A stretch of DNA of 64,000 nucleotides from an uncultured Bacteroidales bacterium. GTDB lineage: Bacteria; Bacteroidota; Bacteroidia; Bacteroidales; UBA1715. Made by a program: the position numbers and the translations under genes. A model generated the notes under the pieces. The model did no database searches. It was not told the DNA's origin and saw nothing but the letters and a program-made list of their open reading frames with translations. Position 1 is the stretch's first letter. Each line of letters begins with the position of its first letter. This document shows, piece after piece, positions 55,124-64,000 of this stretch. The stretch spans positions 5,498 through 69,497 of the forward strand of contig CALAUG010000022.1 in NCBI GenBank assembly GCA_937892155.1, read 5' to 3'.

Positions 55124-58100
55124 ATGAAAAGGTTTATACTTCAACTGGTATTTCTATGTGGAATTTTGGTGGTAGCCCAAGGCCAAGTAAAGTTCAACGA
55201 AGTTCAGAGTTCAAATGCAACGACGCAGTTAGATCCCGATTTCTTTAAATACAAAGACTGGATTGAGTTGTATAATACGTCATCTTCTACGTTTGATTTG
55301 AGTGGATGTTATATTACTGACAATAAGGATAAACCTCGTAAATGGCAGATTCCATCTGGGCAGTCTATTGCTGGTGGTAAATATTTGATTATTTATTGCG
55401 ATGGAGAAGATGTTACAGGTAGGGCAATGCATACAAATTTTAAGCTGTCTGCGTCTGGTGATGTCTTGTTCTTGTATTCTTCTACAATGTTATTGCTTGA
55501 CTCTGTAAAGATTGGAACTATAGAAACCGACTATACGTATGGACGCTTGACAAATGGAACGGGCAAGTGGGCTGCTCTTTCTAAACCAACTCCGGGAGCA
55601 GCAAATGTTTCAACGATAGTGAAAGGTCTTGCTCCAAAACCAGTATTCTCAATCGCTGGTGGATACTATAACAAGGAACAAAGTGTTTCGTTGTCAACAG
55701 ATTTGCCTGGCGCTGTTATCCGCTATACAACCGATGGCTCGGAACCAACGGAGAGTTCTCCCGTATATTCGGGACCAATTACAGCTAAAAGTACCACTGC
55801 GGTAACTCAAAAATATGGGCACGATCGTAAAGATAAAACTGGTATCCAGCATTATGCGTATCCGTCGACTTTGGATTATCCAAACAACAAATATACTGGC
55901 AATAGAACGTATGGTTGCGTAATTAAGGCGAAAGTATTCCATGATGATTATGTGCCAAGTAATACTGAAGCCAATACGTACTTTATTAATATAAACAGAC
56001 GTAGTTTGCCAGTTGTTTCTATTTCTACTGATTTTGAAAACTTTTTCAATAAGGATACAGGTATTTATATTCAGGGTGTAAAAGGCTTGTATGATGGGTA
56101 TGTTACTGCTAACTGGCGTCAAGATTGGGAACGTAAGGTCTTTGTTGAGTATTTTGATGAAAATGGGAACCGTCAGTTTGGTGTTTCTGCGGGAGCAACA
56201 ACAATGGGTGCTGTTTCTCGAAACTACGATATGAAGTCTTTGAATATCGTAATGAAGAAAAAATATGAAGATGGCAATATGAATTATCCGTTGTTTGGTG
56301 ATGATGGTCTTGATACATATAAATCTTTTGTCTTGCGTAATGCAGGAAACGACTGGGAACAAGGTGGAAAAATCCGTGATGCAGCTATTCAACAGGTCCT
56401 TCGTGGACAAATTGATTTGGAAACTCAGGATGTGAATCCAGTTGTAATGTATTTGAACGGTGAATACTGGGGCTTTATCAATATGCGTGAGCGTTACGAT
56501 GAGGATTACTTTGCTGGTTATCACGATTATGCCGATGATATTGATTTGCTAAAATGGTGTAATGATAGTACCTATAATTTCCGTGCATCTAAAGGCGATA
56601 CGCAACGTCTTGGTGAATTGTTGGCCTATTTGGCTGCAAATTCAATGAAGAATACCGAAAACTACGAGTACGTTAAGGCACATTATATAGATGTGGATAA
56701 TATGATTAATTACTACATCGCACAGTTCTTCTGCCAAAATACCGACTGGCCAACAAACAATATGCGTATGTGGCGTCCTCGAACCGAAAATGGTAAGTTC
56801 CGATTCCCTTGGTACGATACTGATTTTGGATATGGATTGTGGGGTGGTGACGCCTATACCGATCCTTGGGATAACTTTGATAAAGAAAGTTATAAGAAAA
56901 AAACGTCTGTTGCGCTATTGAACTATATGCTTGAAAACGAGGAATTTAAGGCTGATTTTGTTCAACGTTTTTATGCTATGATGGCAACTTTGTATCAATA
57001 TGATAGATTTAAAACAATCGCAACAGATTTAGATAATAAGGTCTCATCTGAACGTAGTGCGATGATGGACGAATGGACGTGTACGTTGAATGATGGTGAA
57101 ACGTGGGGGTATGGTCTCGGTGGTATGAAGAACTGGGCAAAGAACCGTGTCGCCTCTATGGAAGATCATGTCAATGATAAATTCGACAAAAAAGGTACCA
57201 CTACATTAAAAATAAGTTACACTCAATCTCAAGGTCAAGTATATGTATGTACTATACCTGTAGATAATGGATATTCTGCAAAACATCAGAAAAGTCGTGC
57301 AATTCGTTTGTTGGCAGAACCAAAAGATGGCTATACTTTCAGCTCATGGAAAAATGGTAATACTGTAGTTTCTACAAATCCTGAATATTTTGCAACGATT
57401 ACGGCAGAAACTACATTGACTGCAGTATTTGAATCTCGTTCAACGGAAAAGAATTTGTACATAAATGAATTCTTAACATCAAATAGTACCGATGCTGTTG
57501 ATGATGCAAATGAACACGAGGACTGGATTGAAATTTATAATGGGGGGTCTTCTTCCGTTAATTTGGCAGGATTGTATTTGTCGGATGATTCAACAAATTT
57601 GACTAAATATCAAATTCCTTATGGACATTATAATGAAACTACTATCGCTTCAAAAGGCTTCGTCGTATTCTGGGCTGATAATGATTCTCAGGATGGTGCA
57701 TTGCATTTGCCATTTAAATTAGACCGTTCATCTGGAGCAATTTATTTGTCTCAAAAAGGAACCTCTGGTACCGTGACGACGATAGACAAAATCAAATATT
57801 TGCAACAAAATACTGATGTTTCGTATGGTCGTTATCCAGATGGAAATTCAAATTTGACAATTTTTACACAAACGACTCCAGGAACAGAAAATATTATCCC
57901 TTCTGCAACCTATGTTGATGGTTTGGTCATCAACGAATTTATGTCTAAAAACAACGTGACTGTCCGCGAGGAAACTGGTACGTATGCCGATTGGTTCGAA
58001 ATATACAATACGACAAGTAAGGATATTGATTTGGGTGGATTGTTCGTAACAAATGATTTGTCAAACCCAACTAAATATATGATACCAAAAGGAGAATCTG

Positions 58101-61100
58101 CTAAAACGACAGTAAAAGCAGGTGGATATTATATGTTCTGGTGCGATAAGCAAACAGCAATTAATCCAAATCACGTTGATTTTAAACTGAATGCTGAAAG
58201 TGGCGACATTGCAATTGTTCAATTGCGTGGTTCCGAAAGCTACATTATTGATCAGGTTTCGTATTCTAATCAGGGACAGGATATCTCGTATGGACGTTAT
58301 CCAAACGCAACGGGTGACTTTAAATATTTGTTGACACCAACGCCGAATGCTGTAAATGTTAATACTTCGAGTATCGTTGCTGTTTCAGGGGTGACAATCA
58401 ACGAAGTTCTTGCATTAAATACTTCTATCGTAGCAGACGAAGAGGGCTCGTATGGCGATTATATTGAATTTTATAATGGAACTAACTCTGCAATAGATTT
58501 GGGTGGCTTGTTTATTAGCGATTCTGCTGGTTATTCATTGCGTTGTAGAATTCCAACGACAAATTCTGCAGCCACAACGGTCCAATCGGGCAAATGGATT
58601 ACTTTCTGGGCTGATGGAAAACCAGAATTGGGCGCTAATCACCTTGATTTTTCTCTTGATGGCGAAAATGGTGAAGATGTTGTATTGAGCCAGATAGATG
58701 GTGATGGAAACATTATTACTATTGATCAAATTTCTTTTGGACCACAAACAGAAAATATTAGTTATGGACGTTATCCAGAGAAAGAAGATAACTGGGAGGC
58801 AATGTCTCCAACTTATGGCGCACGCAACCAATCTGTTAATTCTAGTGTTGCATTGAAGACGTTGACAGCGTCGGCTGGAACAATTTTGCCAGCTGTGTCA
58901 ACATCAGTTTTGGCTTATGAATGTTCGGTTCCTGCAGGAACCGAGGTCGTTCCAACTATCAGTGCTACTACCGTTCACGATAAAGCATCTGTCATAATTA
59001 CACAAGCTGCAACATTGGATGATGAAGCGATTGTGAAGGTGATTTCAGCTAATGGATTTAATAGTGAAACCTATAAGGTTTCGTTTAAAATTGCTGCTTC
59101 TGCTGATGCAACTCTTGCAGTTCTTGAACTTGGTGGAGGAACACTATCTCCTGCATTCTCACCTGATACATATAAATACACTGCAAACTTAACAACTACG
59201 TATGTTCCATATTTGACTGCTATAGCGAATGACGAACATGCTATGGTTGATGTTGTGTATGCAGAAACAGTTGCTGGAACTACGGTGATTACTGTAACTG
59301 CTGAAAGTGGCGCAACACAGCGGTACGAAATAACCTATGCTGCTGCAGAGTCTCAAAATATTGTAACAGAATGGTCTGATGATTTTACCAATGGTATAGG
59401 TAATGTGACTCCTGTAACCGAACAGTATAAGGCAACGTTGCAGAAAATTGAGACAAAAACAGGTGCAGGACCAGGTGCTGTAACTACAGTCAATAACAAA
59501 CTTGGTGTTTCATTGTCGCAAACTGGCAATGAAAGCGAATTTGGCTACATCGAATACCATTTGCCAACGGGTTATGTCCTTGATGGTTCAAGTGCTTTGA
59601 ATGTGTCAATGAATATTGTTAGTGTTGCTAACGGAAAAACATTGAACGGTGTTACGGTTGACAATGAATATATCGCATTCAATGTGGCTGTTGTGGATGT
59701 GTATGGTAATGTTTCTGATTATGTAACCTACGCAACAACTATTAATTCGGGAACAAATGAAGTAACATCTATTAATTTCTCTACTGCAAGTTATATTACC
59801 AAATCTGCTATAGTTGCTGTGAGAATGGCATTGAACGGCCCAAGTGATTCAAAGAAGGAAAGACATAAAGCAGCATATATTGATGATTTGGTAATTGGTC
59901 CAAAAACATCTACAGGAAATACCGAAGCAGTTGTGCTATCTGATAATGCAGAGTTGGCTTCGTTGAGTGTGAATGTTGGTACATTGTCACCTGCATTTAG
60001 TGATGATACAAAAGAATACACAGTGACAGTCCCTGCTGGAACAACAACAATTCCTACAATTTCTGCCACAGCTGTAGATGATAATGCTTTCTTGGAAATT
60101 ACGCAGGCTTCTGATTTGAATGGAACGGCACATGTGCGTGTCATTTCTCAGGATCTTGTTACCGTAAATGATTTTACAATTAATTTTGAATTAACACCTG
60201 ATGTCGTAGATGGCTATACCGATTATGTAATTAGTCCAGCTATGAAAGGGTGGAGTGAATCTTCGTCATTGTATTCTATGGCGTACAATGGAGGCGATGT
60301 AGCTGTTGCATATAACAGAACATCGGCTTTGTCCGAGGCTATTGATTATAACTGCGTCGCTGAGGATTCCAAGATTTTGGATTTGACAGACAATCCATAC
60401 GTTTCGGTTAAATTGAAATCTACTGTAGCAACATCGTTGTTCGTTGAGTTGTATGATGGTGACGGAAATACAACATCAACATCACTTCCTGCAGCAGCAA
60501 TTACCGCTGGTTCTGAAATGGGAACCTATACTTTCGATTTAACAGGAAAATTCGGCTCGGTAGATAAAACTGACATCCGTGGAATGAAGTTGTATTTCGA
60601 TAAAGGTTCTGCAACACATTCAAGCGGCACTATAACTATTGACGAATTACGTTTTGGAAAAGATGTGGAAATATCTGTCAATAATGCTCCTGTATGGAAC
60701 GATATCGCTGATCAAATTATTCAACAGGGTGATTCATTCACAAATATTAATTTACAAAACTTTGTATCTGACGATAATACAGACGTAGCTAATTTGATAT
60801 TTGAACTTGAAAATGCTTCGGAAAACTTAACAATATCAATTACATCGGGAATACTTTCTACCCAAGTGAAGGACGCAGCGTGGATTGGAAGCGAAACAAT
60901 CAAGGTGAAAGCAACAGATGCAGATGGTGCTTATTCTGTCACATCTATAAACTTTGGAGTGGAAGAAGCAAAAATTGATTTGACCGCAGTTTCATTCAGC
61001 CAATCTTCAATCGTAATTCAGGAAGGTCAGACAAAAGATTTGTCTACCATATTAACATATGAACCTTCAAATGCAACAATTGAATCAATAGTATGGTCTG

Positions 61101-64000
61101 TTGCAGACGAATCTTCAGCGACAATCAATGGAGCTGGAGTTATTACAAATATTTTGGATTTCGGAACTGAAAATAATGAAGTTACAGTTGTGGTTACCGA
61201 TAAGAGTGGCAATAAATACACTAAAACAATTACAGCTGTTTTAACTGGTTGTCCAACTGCAGTTTCTCTTGTTTCTACAGAGGCAACGAAGACAATGTAT
61301 TATAATGAAACAGCACAATTATCATATACTTTGAGTCCGTCAAATGCGTGTGTGAAATCAGTTGCATACTCAACTTCTGATGCATCAATCGCAACGGTAT
61401 CGGAAACTGGTTTGATAACTGCACAAACGACAAAAGGTGATGCAACAATTACAATATCTGTAAATGATGGATTCTCTGTTAAAACCGCAACATGCAAGAT
61501 TTCTGTGTCAAAGGATTGTAGCGGTGATATTGAATTGAAATTGAATAAAGAATCTTTGTCACTTGTCGCAGGTTCTTATCTGCAATTGGTAGCAACAATA
61601 ACTCCTGCCGATGAATGTACTGAAGATAATGTTGTTACATGGACATCTTCAAATAGTTTGGTTGCAACAGTGTCAAATGGTATCGTGAATGCTGTTTCTG
61701 ATGGTACAGCAACGATAACGGCATCAACAACTGGAACTGGTACAACTACAGCAACTTGCGTTGTGAAAGTTTCTCCAAATTGTACGTCTGGTCCGGTTGA
61801 GGTTGTTATGGCTTCCAAAGAAGCTTCAATGTTTTTGTCGAGTGATTTGACATTATCTGCTGAAATCACGACGGAAAATCCTTGTAATAGCGAACTTGTT
61901 TGGTCTTCTTCAGATGAAACAGTTGCTACTGTAGAAGATGGAGTTGTAACTCCTAAAAAATACGGAACAACAGTAATACGTGCGACAGCAGTTCAGGATG
62001 CCGATTCGTATGATGAATGCACTTTGACGGTAGAAGAAAATAAGGTTACAGCTGTTGAAGTTAGCGCTCAGACGAAGATGATGTACGTTGGAGCAACACA
62101 AACAATGACTGCAACATTGACTCCTGATGATGCGGATAACAAAACAATTATGTGGATGTCTTCCGCTCCAGAGATAGCAGCGGTTTCATCTAAAGGCGTC
62201 GTAACGGCACTTGCAAGCGGTAATGTTAGTATTTATGCAGTTGCGTCAAGTGGTATAAGTGATTTCTACACAATACAAATCGTTGATGTTGAGGTTCAGG
62301 ATATTACGTTGAATATCTCTTCTGTAACATTGAATGTTGGTGATAATCAACAAATATCTGCTTCGTTTATGCCTGAAAATGCAACAAATCAGTCATTGAC
62401 ATTCACGTCAAATGACGAATCTATTGTTACTGTTTCCGAAACAGGTTTGATTAGTGCTGTTGCCGAAGGAAAAACGACGGTTGTGGTTACAACTAAAAAT
62501 AATATTTCTAAAATTGTTTCAATTACTGTTAATTCTGATGGTATTGCAGTAGAGAAAGTTGAAGTTACACCAACATCATTGGATATGTTTATTGGTGACA
62601 CGGAAACGTTAACAGAAACAGTTACACCGGATGACGCTACAAATAAAACAATAACATGGTCTTCATCCGATAAATCTGTCGCAACAGTTTCTTCTACTGG
62701 CGTCGTGACTGCAATTGGTCAAGGTGATGCAGTGATAACAGCATCGTCGGCCAATAACAAAACTGCCGATGTAGATGTACACGTTTCGTATCGTGCAATA
62801 TCTTCAGCTTCATTTAATACATCGTCGGTCGAAGTCGCTCAAAATAAATCTGTTGACTTATCAAAATTGTTGGTTTTGAATCCAGCTGCTACAGAAACTG
62901 AATCTATTGTCTGGAATGTTAATAGCACAAATGCGACAGTGGATGTCGATGGCGAGTTAGTCAATAATCTTGATTTTGGAACAGAAACAGCTACTGTAAC
63001 TGCAACAGTAACCGATATGTATGGAACTTCTAGGCAGGCAACAGTACAAGTGGTATTGATAGGTTGTCCAACGAAGGTAACTGCAGTAACTTTGAATATG
63101 TATTCTGTGGAAATAACAAAAACACAGACAGCACAACTTTCAACGACTACAGTTCCTCAAAATGCCTGCGTACAATCTATATCGTATACTTCTGCAAATC
63201 CTGCAATTGCAACGGTTTCTTCGTTAGGAAAAATTACTCCAGTCGCAGTAGGAAAAACAACGGTTACGGTTACAGTTAACGATGGCTATAGCAACACGAT
63301 AAAAGAAGTTGCTGTAGAGGTTCTCAAAGATGTTGTAGCTGTAGAAACTGTTGAATTGAGTCAATCTGCACTTATTAAGTACATAGGCGATAAATTCCAA
63401 TTGACAGCAACAGTTTCTCCTGATGATGCAACAAATTCGAGTCTATCATGGACAACAACCGATAAATCAGTTGCAACTGTTGACGAATCGGGTAACGTAC
63501 AAATTTTGGCAGCAGGAACTGTTACTATCAGTGCAACGGCACATAATGGAGTGTCTGCATCTTGTGTAATTACTGCGAAATCTATAGATGTTACATCAGT
63601 AAGTTTGATACCACAAGAATTAACAATGCAGATTTATGATACAGAGCAGTTGATTGCTACAGTATCTCCTGCAAATGCAACGATAAAGACAGTAAGTTGG
63701 AATTCTTCAAATGATCTTATCGCTGAGGTCGACAATAATGGTGTTGTAACAGCTAAGAAAGCAGGTACGTGCCAAATAACGGCAGTTTCAAATAATGGTA
63801 AAACTGCTACTTGCGTTCTTACGGTTACCGATATTGAACCAACATCTATAAAAGTTGAACCTACAGTTTGTTCGTTGAATATTGATGAAACGAAGGAAAT
63901 TACGGTAACCTTACAACCTTCAAATGTTACTGATACGACATTGACTTGGGAATCTAACAATGCAACTGTTGCTACAGTGAAAGATGGTGTTATTACTGCC
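55124..64000 (+). CDS. Giant surface protein, 5' partial (continues past window end)
   Basis: Absent from the ORF track because there is no stop in the window. Frame checked by hand at 55124, 57452 and 63959 (all the same phase). N-terminus MKRFILQLVFLCGILVVAQGQ. Domains read by eye, in order:
- Lamin-tail domain (VKFNEVQSSN...DWIELYNTSSSTFDLSGCYITD...HTNFKLSASGD).
- Chitobiase-C-like module (GGYYNKEQSVSLS...IRYTTDGSEPT).
- CotH core (PVVSISTD...NWRQDWERKVFVEYFDENGN...KSFVLRNAGNDWEQG...MYLNGEYWGFINMRERYDEDYF).
- Three further lamin-tail domains at about 57.45, 57.92 and 58.38 kb.
- Cadherin-like and CBM-like beta-sandwich domains.
- Many Big_2 repeats from about 60.96 kb. Confidence 0.85.
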   Translation, partial: MKRFILQLVFLCGILVVAQGQVKFNEVQSSNATTQLDPDFFKYKDWIELYNTSSSTFDLSGCYITDNKDKPRKWQIPSGQSIAGGKYLIIYCDGEDVTGRAMHTNFKLSASGDVLFLYSSTMLLLDSVKIGTIETDYTYGRLTNGTGKWAALSKPTPGAANVSTIVKGLAPKPVFSIAGGYYNKEQSVSLSTDLPGAVIRYTTDGSEPTESSPVYSGPITAKSTTAVTQKYGHDRKDKTGIQHYAYPSTLDYPNNKYTGNRTYGCVIKAKVFHDDYVPSNTEANTYFININRRSLPVVSISTDFENFFNKDTGIYIQGVKGLYDGYVTANWRQDWERKVFVEYFDENGNRQFGVSAGATTMGAVSRNYDMKSLNIVMKKKYEDGNMNYPLFGDDGLDTYKSFVLRNAGNDWEQGGKIRDAAIQQVLRGQIDLETQDVNPVVMYLNGEYWGFINMRERYDEDYFAGYHDYADDIDLLKWCNDSTYNFRASKGDTQRLGELLAYLAANSMKNTENYEYVKAHYIDVDNMINYYIAQFFCQNTDWPTNNMRMWRPRTENGKFRFPWYDTDFGYGLWGGDAYTDPWDNFDKESYKKKTSVALLNYMLENEEFKADFVQRFYAMMATLYQYDRFKTIATDLDNKVSSERSAMMDEWTCTLNDGETWGYGLGGMKNWAKNRVASMEDHVNDKFDKKGTTTLKISYTQSQGQVYVCTIPVDNGYSAKHQKSRAIRLLAEPKDGYTFSSWKNGNTVVSTNPEYFATITAETTLTAVFESRSTEKNLYINEFLTSNSTDAVDDANEHEDWIEIYNGGSSSVNLAGLYLSDDSTNLTKYQIPYGHYNETTIASKGFVVFWADNDSQDGALHLPFKLDRSSGAIYLSQKGTSGTVTTIDKIKYLQQNTDVSYGRYPDGNSNLTIFTQTTPGTENIIPSATYVDGLVINEFMSKNNVTVREETGTYADWFEIYNTTSKDIDLGGLFVTNDLSNPTKYMIPKGESAKTTVKAGGYYMFWCDKQTAINPNHVDFKLNAESGDIAIVQLRGSESYIIDQVSYSNQGQDISYGRYPNATGDFKYLLTPTPNAVNVNTSSIVAVSGVTINEVLALNTSIVADEEGSYGDYIEFYNGTNSAIDLGGLFISDSAGYSLRCRIPTTNSAATTVQSGKWITFWADGKPELGANHLDFSLDGENGEDVVLSQIDGDGNIITIDQISFGPQTENISYGRYPEKEDNWEAMSPTYGARNQSVNSSVALKTLTASAGTILPAVSTSVLAYECSVPAGTEVVPTISATTVHDKASVIITQAATLDDEAIVKVISANGFNSETYKVSFKIAASADATLAVLELGGGTLSPAFSPDTYKYTANLTTTYVPYLTAIANDEHAMVDVVYAETVAGTTVITVTAESGATQRYEITYAAAESQNIVTEWSDDFTNGIGNVTPVTEQYKATLQKIETKTGAGPGAVTTVNNKLGVSLSQTGNESEFGYIEYHLPTGYVLDGSSALNVSMNIVSVANGKTLNGVTVDNEYIAFNVAVVDVYGNVSDYVTYATTINSGTNEVTSINFSTASYITKSAIVAVRMALNGPSDSKKERHKAAYIDDLVIGPKTSTGNTEAVVLSDNAELASLSVNVGTLSPAFSDDTKEYTVTVPAGTTTIPTISATAVDDNAFLEITQASDLNGTAHVRVISQDLVTVNDFTINFELTPDVVDGYTDYVISPAMKGWSESSSLYSMAYNGGDVAVAYNRTSALSEAIDYNCVAEDSKILDLTDNPYVSVKLKSTVATSLFVELYDGDGNTTSTSLPAAAITAGSEMGTYTFDLTGKFGSVDKTDIRGMKLYFDKGSATHSSGTITIDELRFGKDVEISVNNAPVWNDIADQIIQQGDSFTNINLQNFVSDDNTDVANLIFELENASENLTISITSGILSTQVKDAAWIGSETIKVKATDADGAYSVTSINFGVEEAKIDLTAVSFSQSSIVIQEGQTKDLSTILTYEPSNATIESIVWSVADESSATINGAGVITNILDFGTENNEVTVVVTDKSGNKYTKTITAVLTGCPTAVSLVSTEATKTMYYNETAQLSYTLSPSNACVKSVAYSTSDASIATVSETGLITAQTTKGDATITISVNDGFSVKTATCKISVSKDCSGDIELKLNKESLSLVAGSYLQLVATITPADECTEDNVVTWTSSNSLVATVSNGIVNAVSDGTATITASTTGTGTTTATCVVKVSPNCTSGPVEVVMASKEASMFLSSDLTLSAEITTENPCNSELVWSSSDETVATVEDGVVTPKKYGTTVIRATAVQDADSYDECTLTVEENKVTAVEVSAQTKMMYVGATQTMTATLTPDDADNKTIMWMSSAPEIAAVSSKGVVTALASGNVSIYAVASSGISDFYTIQIVDVEVQDITLNISSVTLNVGDNQQISASFMPENATNQSLTFTSNDESIVTVSETGLISAVAEGKTTVVVTTKNNISKIVSITVNSDGIAVEKVEVTPTSLDMFIGDTETLTETVTPDDATNKTITWSSSDKSVATVSSTGVVTAIGQGDAVITASSANNKTADVDVHVSYRAISSASFNTSSVEVAQNKSVDLSKLLVLNPAATETESIVWNVNSTNATVDVDGELVNNLDFGTETATVTATVTDMYGTSRQATVQVVLIGCPTKVTAVTLNMYSVEITKTQTAQLSTTTVPQNACVQSISYTSANPAIATVSSLGKITPVAVGKTTVTVTVNDGYSNTIKEVAVEVLKDVVAVETVELSQSALIKYIGDKFQLTATVSPDDATNSSLSWTTTDKSVATVDESGNVQILAAGTVTISATAHNGVSASCVITAKSIDVTSVSLIPQELTMQIYDTEQLIATVSPANATIKTVSWNSSNDLIAEVDNNGVVTAKKAGTCQITAVSNNGKTATCVLTVTDIEPTSIKVEPTVCSLNIDETKEITVTLQPSNVTDTTLTWESNNATVATVKDGVITA

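Noticed and set aside
55694-56524. 276-aa minus-strand ORF. Similar long antisense ORFs occur at 29079-29672, 44739-45254, 50711-51268 and 36395-36820.
   Set aside because: Each lies fully inside, and antisense to, a gene with clear family signatures (CotH, the giant T9SS protein, hisH, GPH, LRR). Their translations are low-complexity and Ile/Phe/Cys/Arg-rich with no recognisable motif. They are shadow ORFs typical of AT-rich coding DNA.

Overview
AT-rich Bacteroidota-type chromosomal segment, judged from TAnnTTTG promoter boxes, many lipoproteins and T9SS C-terminal sorting domains.

Gene content by region:
- 1-28.6 kb: an almost unbroken minus-strand run of tightly packed, often overlapping housekeeping genes. 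These are a cobalamin-riboswitch-controlled BtuB-like receptor operon, UbiA prenyltransferase, mutS, FKBP, ispE, dnaX, two ABC systems, a SpoIIE phosphatase, a Kv-type K+ channel, ybaK, cvpA, an FtsX-like permease, rbfA, an S41 protease, a PafA-like protein and nadC.
- 28.7-37 kb: a 2242-aa multidomain T9SS glycan-active protein, translationally coupled to a BspA-like LRR T9SS protein.
- 37-47 kb: xylB, a MATE exporter, a decayed type I R-M remnant (DUF1016 fragment plus half hsdS), GH2, hslR, a stand-alone hisH, tRNA-Pro(GGG) and trxB.
- 46.9-54.9 kb: a mannan-type locus with no SusC/D in view (GH5-CBM32-T9SS, GH5, GPH symporter, GH130). It is interrupted by two accessory genes, a GIY-YIG/T5orf172 protein and a RhuM-like protein. 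The RhuM-like gene is bracketed by 43-nt promoter-bearing direct repeats.
- 55.1 kb to the window end: the first >2958 codons of a giant CotH-kinase / lamin-tail / Big_2 surface protein.

Most notable observations:
- dnaX is split at an A10 tract exactly at the gamma/tau boundary. The 0-frame gives the short product and the -1 frame gives tau.
- The accessory two-gene insert sits inside the glycan operon.
- A TerB-like/ABCG-type 1065-aa fused transporter forms a module with two secreted unknowns.
- The AP-superfamily protein has most metal ligands substituted.

No CRISPR array, rRNA, transposase or integrase was seen.
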